NCBI RefSeq assembly: GCF_900167395.1
Contig: NZ_FUWK01000001.1
Span: 30,001-62,000 of the forward strand
Length of the DNA: 32,000 nt
From: Nitrosomonas europaea
GTDB lineage: Bacteria; Pseudomonadota; Gammaproteobacteria; Burkholderiales; Nitrosomonadaceae
Direction: 5' to 3'
The position numbers were made by a program, and so were the translations under genes. Under the pieces are notes generated by a model. The model had not been told where the DNA came from. It saw only the letters and a program-made list of their open reading frames with translations, and ran no database searches. Positions 1-9,836 of the stretch are shown here, one piece after another (the first letter of the stretch is position 1; each line of letters begins with the position of its first letter).

Positions 1-153
1 TATGCTGATAAAGACGATGCAGCCACATATCTGGCAGGTAAAATCAAAGGCGGCAGCAGCGGTGTATGGGGACAGATTCCAATGCCGCCAAACGTCAACG
101 TGAGCGATGCAGATGCCAAAGCACTGGCAGACTGGATCCTGACGCTCAAATGA
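1..153 (+). CDS. class I c-type cytochrome (c-552/c-551 family), C-terminal fragment; 5' end lies outside the window
   Basis: Frame 1 is open from base 1 to TGA at 151-153 and reads [50 protein letters not shown]. The GVWGxIPMPPN block, which carries the axial Met, is the hallmark of Pseudomonas c-551 / Nitrosomonas c-552. It matches my recollection of the N. europaea c-552 sequence. Confidence 0.85.
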   Translation, partial: YADKDDAATYLAGKIKGGSSGVWGQIPMPPNVNVSDADAKALADWILTLK

Positions 154-177
154 CCTGACGTTTAAGTTTGAATGCGG

Positions 178-207
178 GCCGATACCGGAAACTGTATCGG
201 CTTTTTT
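178..207 (+). terminator. rho-independent terminator of the cytochrome gene
   Basis: Stem gccgatac (178-185) pairs with gtatcggc (194-201) around an 8-nt loop. A tttttt run follows at 202-207, 25 nt after the stop codon. Confidence 0.7.
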
Positions 208-368
208 GTTTCTGCAACATCCTTCTGTGATACCTCTGTGATGCCTGTCCGTTTGCAGATACTCACGAAATACATTCCAAGCCGTGCCAGTCGGCCCGTT
301 TGACAATACCTTGCGCTTTCACTACATTCTTTTGGAATACCCTTTCCAATTCCATCTATCAGACAATC

Positions 369-1337
369 ATGCTTACGGTTTTTCTCGATTTCGGTTCTGT
401 TACCCGCGGTGATATCGATAGAACGGTGCTGGAGCAAGTCGTATCCCCCTGGGTTTATCATGACAACACTTCCCGGGAGCAGGTAGCAGAACGAATCAGG
501 GAAGCAGAAATCGTCGTCAGCAATAAAACGCTGCTGGACCGTTCAGCCCTGGATGCTGCAAACAAGCTGAAACTGATATGTGTGGCGGCAACCGGTTATA
601 ACAACGTCGATCTGATCGCGGCTGCCGAGCGCAACATTCCGGTATGCAATGTGCGCAACTATGCCACCGGCTCCGTCGCTCAGCATGTTTTCATGTTCAT
701 GCTGAACTTTGCCTGCCGTTTCGTGGAATATCAGCAACTGATAAAACGAGGTGGCTGGCAGGCGAGTTCCTATTTCTGTCCGCTTGATTTCGGAATCACA
801 GAACTGGCCGGAAAAACACTCGGTATTGTCGGATACGGAGAACTGGGCAATGCGGTGGCAAACATTGCCAAAGCATTCGGGATGAAATTGCTGATCGCCG
901 AACACAAATCTGCTTCAACCATCCGGCCTGGACGAACAGCATTCGATGAGGTCATCCGTCAGACGGATTTCATTACCCTGCACTGCCCTTTGTCGGAAGA
1001 TACCCGCCACCTGATCAGCAACCGGGAGCTGAACCTGATGAAGCCTTCGGCATACCTGATCAATACCGCCCGCAGTGGCCTGATCGATGAAACCGATCTG
1101 CTGAAAAGCCTTTACTCAAAACATATTGCCGGTGCAGCCATCGATGTCCTGAAAGAAGAACCGCCAGTCAGTGGTAATCCACTGCTGGATTACCCTCATC
1201 CGAATCTCATCATCACACCCCACTCTGCCTGGGCCAGTGTGGAATCCCGACAACGCATGCTCAATCTGCTGGCAGATAACATACGCAATTTCCTGCACAA
1301 CAAGCCTTTCAACCAGATCAAAGATGCGTTGGCCTGA
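369..1337 (+). CDS. D-isomer-specific 2-hydroxyacid dehydrogenase (glycerate dehydrogenase / hydroxypyruvate reductase-like), NAD-binding
   Basis: ORF 300..1337. The family-typical N-terminus MLTVFLDF starts at ATG 369, and the TTG-300 extension is hydrophobic junk that overlaps the terminator region. Supporting motifs are the Rossmann GIVGYGELGNAVA (GxGxxG), LHCPL, NTARSGLIDE, and TPHSAWAS carrying the catalytic His. Confidence 0.85.
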   Translation: MLTVFLDFGSVTRGDIDRTVLEQVVSPWVYHDNTSREQVAERIREAEIVVSNKTLLDRSALDAANKLKLICVAATGYNNVDLIAAAERNIPVCNVRNYATGSVAQHVFMFMLNFACRFVEYQQLIKRGGWQASSYFCPLDFGITELAGKTLGIVGYGELGNAVANIAKAFGMKLLIAEHKSASTIRPGRTAFDEVIRQTDFITLHCPLSEDTRHLISNRELNLMKPSAYLINTARSGLIDETDLLKSLYSKHIAGAAIDVLKEEPPVSGNPLLDYPHPNLIITPHSAWASVESRQRMLNLLADNIRNFLHNKPFNQIKDALA

Positions 1338-1503
1338 TAACCCGTTATTTCTCCAGAAAGAGAATCTGCCGGGCTCTGGAACTCCTTTCTGTTCCAGGCT
1401 GTTTCTGTATTCAATTTGACAAACCACCTGATCCTCATTACTTTCGCGTTCCGTAAGTCCAGGATCAGCCTGGTCATCCGAAAGCCTTGAAGGAAAACTG
1501 ATT

Positions 1504-2778
1504 ATGGTCAGCCCTTTTCGCCAGCACCGCCGTATCCTTGTGGCCAGTCTGGTTGGAACCACCATCGAATTTTATGATTTTTATATCTACGCCACCGCGG
1601 CAGCACTGGTATTCGGGCCGTTGTTCTTTCCTGCAGAATCTCCATCTGCACAATTGATGCTGTCATTCCTGAGCTTCAGCCTCGCCTTCATTGCGCGTCC
1701 TTTCGGTGCAGTTTTGTTTGGTCACTTCGGAGACCGAATCGGCAGAAAATCAACGTTGGTTGCCTCATTATTGCTGATGGGGATATCGACCCTGCTAATT
1801 GCGTTCCTGCCCACCTATTCGACAGCTGGCTGGATAGCCCCGCTGTTATTGTGCATTCTGCGTTTTGGCCAGGGACTGGGTCTGGGCGGCGAATGGGGAG
1901 GCGCAGCGTTGCTGGCTGTTGAAAATGCTCCTCCGGGATGGCGTGGCCGGTTCGGAATGGTGCCTCAGTTGGGCGCTCCGATTGGATTCCTTGCAGCAAA
2001 CGGGCTGTTTCTGCTGATCGGCCTGCAGTTGAGTGACGCAGATTTTGCAGCATGGGGATGGAGAATCCCCTTCCTCGCCAGCAGTATCCTGATTGTACTT
2101 GGCCTGTGGGTACGCCTGAAAATCAATGAAACACCGGAATTTACCCAGGCACTGGCACAAAATCCTCCTGTTTCGATCCCCTTCTGGGAATTGATACGCA
2201 AGCACGCACTCATCACATTTGCCGGAACTTTTACGGTGGTAGCCTGCTTCGCCATTTTTTACCTTTCAACCGCGTTTGCACTCGCCCATGGCACCACCAC
2301 ACTGGGATACGATCGCGAACAGTTTCTCATCACCCAGCTCGCTGCCATAGCATTTCTCGCTGCCGGGATCATCATTGCAGGAATACGTGCCGACAAGGCC
2401 AGTGCCAATCAGGTACTGAGCTGGGGCTGCGCTGCAACGATTGGTCTGGGGCTGACATTTGGCCCAGCTCTGGGAGCAGGATCGCTATGGCTGGTCTGGG
2501 GAATGCTCTCGCTTGCGCTGTTCATCATGGGTTTTGTATACGGCCCTCTTGGTGTATGGCTGCCATCGCTTTTCCCCCCACGAATACGCTACACAGGTGT
2601 ATCCGTTGCGTTTAATGCAGGAGGCATTCTGGGCGGAGCACTCGCTCCGATCATCGCACAAGCACTGACTGATGCCGGTGGTACATCACTCGTTGGCCTG
2701 TACCTGACAATGGCAGGGATATTCAGTCTGGCGGGGCTGAAGCTGGTAGGAAAGTTGATGCCGGACAAAACAGAATGA
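1504..2778 (+). CDS. MFS transporter, metabolite:H+ symporter (MHS) family
   Basis: 424 aa and strongly hydrophobic with about 12 predicted TM segments. The MHS-typical N-terminus is VGTTIEFYDFYIYATAA, and the MFS loop 2-3 motif GHFGDRIGRK is present. Confidence 0.85.
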   Translation: MVSPFRQHRRILVASLVGTTIEFYDFYIYATAAALVFGPLFFPAESPSAQLMLSFLSFSLAFIARPFGAVLFGHFGDRIGRKSTLVASLLLMGISTLLIAFLPTYSTAGWIAPLLLCILRFGQGLGLGGEWGGAALLAVENAPPGWRGRFGMVPQLGAPIGFLAANGLFLLIGLQLSDADFAAWGWRIPFLASSILIVLGLWVRLKINETPEFTQALAQNPPVSIPFWELIRKHALITFAGTFTVVACFAIFYLSTAFALAHGTTTLGYDREQFLITQLAAIAFLAAGIIIAGIRADKASANQVLSWGCAATIGLGLTFGPALGAGSLWLVWGMLSLALFIMGFVYGPLGVWLPSLFPPRIRYTGVSVAFNAGGILGGALAPIIAQALTDAGGTSLVGLYLTMAGIFSLAGLKLVGKLMPDKTE

Positions 2779-2911
2779 CAAGAACTTCACCACTAAAATA
2801 ACGCACATGTGTGCACGAATTCAACAACTGCCAGTCTTTTTCATTTTTATACTATATGGATCGTGTGCAACTACAAAACGAAACATATATGTGCTGGCTA
2901 TAAATAAACTT

Positions 2912-3985
2912 ATGGAACAACAAATCAGGAAATACGAAAGCTTCAACGACTTGCCTGCCGACTGCAAGAAACTTTTCGATTCAGGCGAAAAAGACAGTTT
3001 TGACTTATCCAGAGACTGGTTTCTTCTATTGGAGACTACAGTTATTCGCCAAACAAAAGAAATCTGTATTTTCACTCTGGAAATAGAGGGTGTCACACAA
3101 GGTATCTGGCCAACACTATTACAAAAAAAAGGAAAGCTCAGTCTGAGGCAAATCAGCAGTTTTACCTGTTTTTATTCTTCACTTTATCAGCCTTTAATTT
3201 CTTCCAGCCTGACAGTTGACAAATTGGCTGACTGCTTGAGATGGATTTTATCGGATACCCGGACTGATGTACTGCGCTTTGATATCATGGATCCATCTCA
3301 GTCAAGTTTTAATCTTCATGAGCAAGCCTTAAAGAAAATCGGTTTTAAAACCGATCGATTTTTCTGCTGGGGAAATTGGTATTTACCTGTAAATAATCAA
3401 CCATTCTCCGTTTATTTACAGAATCTTTCCTCCCGAGTAAGAAACACACTGGAGCGGCGCAAGAAAAAATTTCTGGCTGGAGGACACGGAAAACTGGAAA
3501 TTTTGACAACTCACGATAAGCTTCCAATCGCAATCCAGGCTTGGGAAAAAATTTACAACGCAAGTTGGAAAATACCGGAACCCTACCCCGAATTCATGCC
3601 TTCTTTAATCAGTCTCTGTGCAGCCAAAGGCTGGCTAAGACTGGGAATCGCATACTATGACGAAGAACCAATTGCGGCGCAGCTCTGGATAGTAAATCAA
3701 GGTCGAGCAGCAATTTATAAATTGGCGTATGACGAAAAATTTGCTCATTTGTCACCGGGGACAATTCTGACTGCACACCTGATGCAACATGCAATTGACG
3801 TGGACAAGGTACATGAAGTTGACTATCTCACCGGAGATGATGCTTACAAGAAAGATTGGATGAGCCACCGGCGTGAGCGTCTTGGATTAGTTGCCTATAA
3901 CCTCAGATCTTTTTGGGGGTTAATTGGTATATCTAAGCATATTGCGGGAAAAATCAGAAAAAAAATCTTAAAATCTTTGAAATAA
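2912..3985 (+). CDS. GNAT-superfamily acetyltransferase of the FemAB/CelD/BioF2-like type (Acetyltransf_6-like)
   Basis: ORF 2807..3985. I prefer ATG 2912 (MEQQIRKYE) because the upstream extension is hydrophobic and low-complexity. The C-terminal block AAQLWIVNQGRAAIYKLAYDEKFAHLSPGTILTAHLMQHAI...VDYLTGDDAYKKDW resembles CelD / PEP-CTERM-associated FemAB-like proteins. The gene is much more AT-rich than its neighbours. Confidence 0.65.
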   Translation: MEQQIRKYESFNDLPADCKKLFDSGEKDSFDLSRDWFLLLETTVIRQTKEICIFTLEIEGVTQGIWPTLLQKKGKLSLRQISSFTCFYSSLYQPLISSSLTVDKLADCLRWILSDTRTDVLRFDIMDPSQSSFNLHEQALKKIGFKTDRFFCWGNWYLPVNNQPFSVYLQNLSSRVRNTLERRKKKFLAGGHGKLEILTTHDKLPIAIQAWEKIYNASWKIPEPYPEFMPSLISLCAAKGWLRLGIAYYDEEPIAAQLWIVNQGRAAIYKLAYDEKFAHLSPGTILTAHLMQHAIDVDKVHEVDYLTGDDAYKKDWMSHRRERLGLVAYNLRSFWGLIGISKHIAGKIRKKILKSLK

Positions 3986-4123
3986 CTCCTTCTAACTACT
4001 AAGTATTCTTTTTATTTGTCTATCTTCATAAGTACATACCATAAACACAGAAACCTTTTTACTCAATCATCTACACATTAGTCTTTTTAACGCCCCTGTA
4101 GAGAAAAACTCCAGAGTCCATTG

Positions 4124-4786
4124 ATGAGACAACAGCTTCTCGATATCACTGAAATTGGCCCGCCATCACTGGATAACTTTATTTCCTCAGGGAATGAAGA
4201 GGTACTTTATACATTGAGAAATCTGGTTGCGGGCAATCAGCAGGATCGTTTTTATTATCTGTGGGGGAAAACGGGTAGTGGTAAAAGCCATTTGTTGCAG
4301 GCAGTGGCGGATGCTTTTTCAGAACAGCAATGCAACTCACGCTACATCGACTGCAATCAGGATGAGCCAAACTTCAATCCCGGTACAGACTGTATAGTGA
4401 TTGATAATGTCGAACGATTGGATGATGCGGCCCAGATCAGGTTGTTCAATCTTTACAACCACTTGCGTGACAACAAACATGGCATATTTCTGGCCAGTGG
4501 TACCAAACCACCTGCCCAACTGGATTTACGCCAGGATCTGACTACCCGCCTGGGTTGGGGGCTGGTATACCAGGTGCATGAATTGACGGATGAAAAAAAA
4601 ATCGAGGTCATGCAAGATTACGCAATCCGTTGCGGGTTTGAGCTGCCGCTGGAAATTTGCCATTATTTACTGAAATATGAACAGCGGAATTTATCTTCCC
4701 TCATCAGGCTTGTTCACGCACTGGATCAGCTTTCGCTGACCAGGCAACGCCCCATCACCCTTCCCTTGTTGCGCGAGCTGCTATAA
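4124..4786 (+). CDS. hda: DnaA regulatory inactivator Hda
   Basis: Walker A WGKTGSGKSHLLQA, Walker B IVIDNVE, and a C-terminal half (LTTRLGWGLVYQVHELTDEKK...GFELPLEICHYLLKYEQRNLSSL) that is colinear with E. coli Hda. ATG 4124 sits one codon after TTG 4121. Confidence 0.88.
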   Translation: MRQQLLDITEIGPPSLDNFISSGNEEVLYTLRNLVAGNQQDRFYYLWGKTGSGKSHLLQAVADAFSEQQCNSRYIDCNQDEPNFNPGTDCIVIDNVERLDDAAQIRLFNLYNHLRDNKHGIFLASGTKPPAQLDLRQDLTTRLGWGLVYQVHELTDEKKIEVMQDYAIRCGFELPLEICHYLLKYEQRNLSSLIRLVHALDQLSLTRQRPITLPLLRELL

Positions 4787-4919
4787 TCACGTACCAACTT
4801 GCGGGTGATTATCGACTTCAGCAGATCACAATGGCATGAAACGACCCTAAAACGTACTTTTTGTCTGAATTTACCCGGCTTTACCGCATCCATATTTTCC
4901 AATATCAAAGTTCAGTATC

Positions 4920-5585
4920 ATGAAACTGGCATTATTTGACCTGGATAACACGCTTCTGGCTGGTGACAGCGATTTTCAATGGGCCCAATTTCTCATTGAA
5001 CAACAAGTTCTGGATCGGGAAGTCTATGAAGCCCGCAACATCGAATTTTATGAACAATATAAAGCGGGCACACTCGATATCCACGAATTCCTGGATTTTC
5101 AGCTCAAACCTCTATCCCGCCATCCTCGTGAACAGTTAAACACATGGCGCAGCGATTTCATCGAACGAAAAATCGCACCCTTGATCGCTCCAGGCGCACG
5201 TGAGTTGATTGCAAGACATCAGGCCGAAAAAGATTTGTGCATCATCATTACTGCCACCAACAGTTTTGTAACCGCACCCATTGCCCGCATGCTGGGTATC
5301 GATCACCTGATCGCCACTGAACCGGAACAGAAAAATGGTGAATTTACCGGCCGCGTAACCGGCATACCCTCGTTCCAGGCAGGTAAAATAACCCGGCTGG
5401 AGCAATGGCTGGATGCGCACAATCTCACTTGGCTTTCTTTCCTGCAGAGCTGGTTTTATAGTGATTCACTCAATGATCTACCGCTACTCAAAAGAGTAAC
5501 TCATCCTGTTGCAGTCGATCCTGATGCCACACTCCATGAACATGCGAAAAAAAGTGGATGGCCCATTATCAGTCTGCGCCAGTAA
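4920..5585 (+). CDS. HAD-IB family hydrolase (SerB-related phosphatase)
   Basis: The N-terminal catalytic motif LFDLDNTLL (DxDxT), motif II IIITATN, and YSDSLNDLPLL (the motif III/IV region) are all present. Confidence 0.8.
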   Translation: MKLALFDLDNTLLAGDSDFQWAQFLIEQQVLDREVYEARNIEFYEQYKAGTLDIHEFLDFQLKPLSRHPREQLNTWRSDFIERKIAPLIAPGARELIARHQAEKDLCIIITATNSFVTAPIARMLGIDHLIATEPEQKNGEFTGRVTGIPSFQAGKITRLEQWLDAHNLTWLSFLQSWFYSDSLNDLPLLKRVTHPVAVDPDATLHEHAKKSGWPIISLRQ

Positions 5586-5630
5586 TCCTTTCAACCAAGC
5601 GATTTACAATTTCTAGCGAGGAAAAACACA

Positions 5631-5993
5631 ATGAAACGTACTTCCATCTCACTTCTGGCACCAGCAATTCTGTGCCTCTCACTTTCCTTCAATGCTCAGG
5701 CTGATACCTACCCCGAGAAAGCGGGAGAAAAACTGGCTACCGGTGTAGCCAATGTCATTACCGGCGTTGCCGAAATTCCCAAGAACATGATGATTACCAG
5801 CCATAAAAAAGGAACCATCTATGGCGTGACAGCAGGTTTCTTCGTCGGGCTCGTCCATACAGTCGGCCGGACACTGAGTGGTGCAGTTGATATCGTTACC
5901 TTTGTAGTACCCACCACGCCTATCATCAAACCAACCTATATCTGGGATGATTTTGATCGGGAAACAACCTACACCACCTGGCGTATGCGTTAA
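5631..5993 (+). CDS. small secreted protein, exosortase-system-associated TIGR04073-like family
   Basis: A signal peptide (MKRTSISLLAPAILCLSLSFNAQA) is followed by KLATGVANVITGVAEIPKNM ... GLVHTVGRTLSGAVDIVTFVVP. That pattern matches what I remember for TIGR04073. A GAGG-type RBS (gcgaggaaaaacaca) precedes the ATG. Confidence 0.6.
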   Translation: MKRTSISLLAPAILCLSLSFNAQADTYPEKAGEKLATGVANVITGVAEIPKNMMITSHKKGTIYGVTAGFFVGLVHTVGRTLSGAVDIVTFVVPTTPIIKPTYIWDDFDRETTYTTWRMR

Positions 5994-6076
5994 TAATCCA
6001 GAATCTGGCAGCTGTCTTTATCCACGCGCTTCATCAAAACGTGCCAAGCCAAATCAGAAAATACAAAAAGGTTCGG

Positions 6077-6082
6077 TATAAT
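6077..6082 (+). promoter_or_regulatory. candidate -10 box (TATAAT) upstream of guaB
   Basis: A perfect tataat lies 25 nt upstream of the guaB ATG. No good -35 box is visible; the sequence at the expected spacing is tcagaa-like. Confidence 0.3.
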
Positions 6083-6094
6083 AGGGTTTTGTAA

Positions 6095-7570
<1,476 letters not shown>

Positions 7571-7581
7571 GTTTTTCTGAT

Positions 7582-9141
7582 ATGCATTCAGCCATTCTCA
7601 TCCTGGATTTTGGCTCGCAATACACCCGGCTGATTGCCCGGCGCATTCGCGAGACCAATGTTTACTGTGAACTCCATCCCTTTGATGTCAGCCCGCAATT
7701 CATCCGGGAATTTGCACCTATCGGTATTATTCTCTCCGGCGGGCCAGCTTCGACTTTCACTGAGGATGCGCCACGTGTGCCGCAAATCGTGTTCGAGCTG
7801 GGGGTTCCCGTCCTCGGTATTTGTTATGGAATGCAAGCCATGGCAGCTCAGCTCGGTGGAGAAGTGGAAGATGCACAGACGCGTGAATTCGGTTACGCAG
7901 AACTGCTGACTGCGCCGTGCAAGCTGTTCCATGGCATACAGGACCGCATTAACTCCGATGGCAAACCGGCTCTTGACGTCTGGATGAGCCATGGCGACCG
8001 TGTCAACAAACTGCCACCGGGTTTCACTGCCATTGCCTCCAATGCAGCGACTCCCTTCGCTGCCATGGCGGATGAAACGCGCAACTTTTACGGAGTACAG
8101 TTTCACCCTGAAGTCACCCACACACGACAGGGCAAGGCAATTCTCGATCACTTCGTGCACGATATCTGCAGTGCAGGCTATGACTGGAACATGCCTGATT
8201 ACGTGGAAGAAGCCATTGGCCGGATTCGTGCCCGTGTCGGGAATGATAAAGTCGTCCTGGGGCTATCTGGAGGGGTGGATTCATCCGTAGCCGCTGCACT
8301 CATTCATCGTGCCATTGGCGATCAACTGGTATGCGTATTCGTGGACAACGGCCTGCTTCGCCTGAACGAAGCCAAGCAGATCATGGAAACCTTCAGCCGG
8401 AACCTTGCGGTCAATGTCATTTACATCGATGCCGGCAGGCAGTTTCTGGAACAACTGAAAGGAATCACCGACCCTGAACAGAAACGTCGCACCATCGGCC
8501 GTGAGTTCGTGGAAATCTTCCAGCAGGAAGCTGAAAAGATCGAAAATGCAAAATGGCTGGCACAGGGCACCATCTATCCTGATGTCATTGAATCCGCTGG
8601 CAGCCACACCAAGAAAGCAGGCGTTATCAAATCCCACCATAACGTGGGCGGTTTACCGGAAACACTTCATCTCAAACTGCTGGAGCCACTGCGCGAACTG
8701 TTCAAGGATGAAGTACGTGAACTTGGCCTGGCACTGGGATTGCCGCATGATCTGGTGTTCCGCCATCCATTCCCCGGCCCGGGACTGGGTGTCCGTATTC
8801 TGGGAGAAGTCAAATACGAATACACCGAGTTACTGCGTCAGGCTGATGCCATTTTCATCGAAGAACTGAGAAATGCCGGCTGGTACGAAAAAACCTCTCA
8901 GGCATTTGCCGTTTTCCTGCCGATAAAATCAGTTGGCGTCATGGGAGACAATCGCAGTTATGAATATGTAGTCGCCTTACGCGCTGTTCAGACCGAAGAT
9001 TTCATGACCGCACACTGGGCAGAACTGCCCTACACCCTCCTCTCCAGAATCTCAAATCGCATCATCAATGAAATCCGCGGTATCAACCGTGTGGTCTACG
9101 ATATATCAGGCAAACCCCCGGCAACGATCGAGTGGGAGTAG
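7582..9141 (+). CDS. guaA: glutamine-hydrolysing GMP synthase
   Basis: The GATase domain shows [25 protein letters not shown] and QFHPEV. The ATP-PPase P-loop is [11 protein letters not shown], and the C-terminus KPPATIEWE is canonical. Confidence 0.97.
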
Positions 9142-9836
9142 GATTGTTCTTTTAAATTATTGATTTATGTAAAATTAGCAATCAATAAATGATATTTATT
9201 ACATCATCAATGGTGCTTGTTATGGTAGGTGGAGAGCGTGCTATGGCAAGAGTCTCCGATATCATGATCAAGTTCTCCATTCCGCATGATCTTGAGCCCG
9301 ATGCCGAGGTTACAGCACTTGGAGTCCGGTGTGCGGCGTAAACAGCAAATCCGTTTTTAGATAGAGGATAACCCATGCCTGTTCTGCTTTTCGTTCTCTG
9401 GTAGGGTTTGGTAATTTCCTGAGTATAGGGAGCTATGCCAAGTTACAGCCTGAACGAAGACCGCTTGGCTCAGAAAGGACTGGAGAACTGGAACAAACCG
9501 TGGAACAGCCGCGGCAGGCACTGACACGTCAACAGTTTTGGTTTCAGACTTGGGGCAAGAGGTCGTTGACCTGATCTGACGTCAGAGCGGTTCGCTCAGC
9601 AACATCAGAAAAACCCATTTTTAACCCATGGACTCCGTGTCAGCGCCGTACTAGAGCATTCTGCATTTAAGTCCGTGCCCGTGCATATCCGGAATTGAGG
9701 AAGTAATTTCTACATTCAGACTTGAGTATCCTACATCGACTCTATCTAAGTACAGAATGCTCTAATCCCGGGGGCCGGTCATGTCACCGTCATCGGGAAT
9801 CATGATTGCTGCAATAGTCAAGCAAAGAATACCCGT

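Noticed and set aside
162-461. A 99-aa minus-strand ORF spanning the cytochrome terminator and the dehydrogenase 5' end.
   Set aside because: It overlaps a strong terminator hairpin and the start of a well-supported plus-strand gene, and I see no recognisable family or RBS. The TTG-300 N-terminal extension of the dehydrogenase ORF was dropped in favour of ATG 369 for related reasons.
1376-1397. A hairpin, ctggaac-N8-gttccag, after the dehydrogenase gene, considered as a terminator.
   Set aside because: The stem is only 7 bp and is followed by gctgtttctg rather than a clean U-run. It is too weak to annotate and may allow read-through into the MFS gene.
9156-9164. A 9-mer, attattgat, shared between the guaA-proximal seam (9156-9164) and the internal seam (16254-16262), considered as possible att direct repeats.
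   Set aside because: It is too short and too AT-rich to distinguish from chance within AT-rich spacers. No corresponding copy occurs at the perM-side junction (22136-22267).
9182-9376. A 64-aa minus-strand ORF just after guaA, and a 43-aa plus-strand ORF (from about 9210, ...MARVSDIMIKFSIPHDLEPDAEVTALGVRCAA).
   Set aside because: There is no RBS, no family resemblance I can name, and the sequence is compositionally patchy. They may be gene debris, but neither is supportable as a gene.
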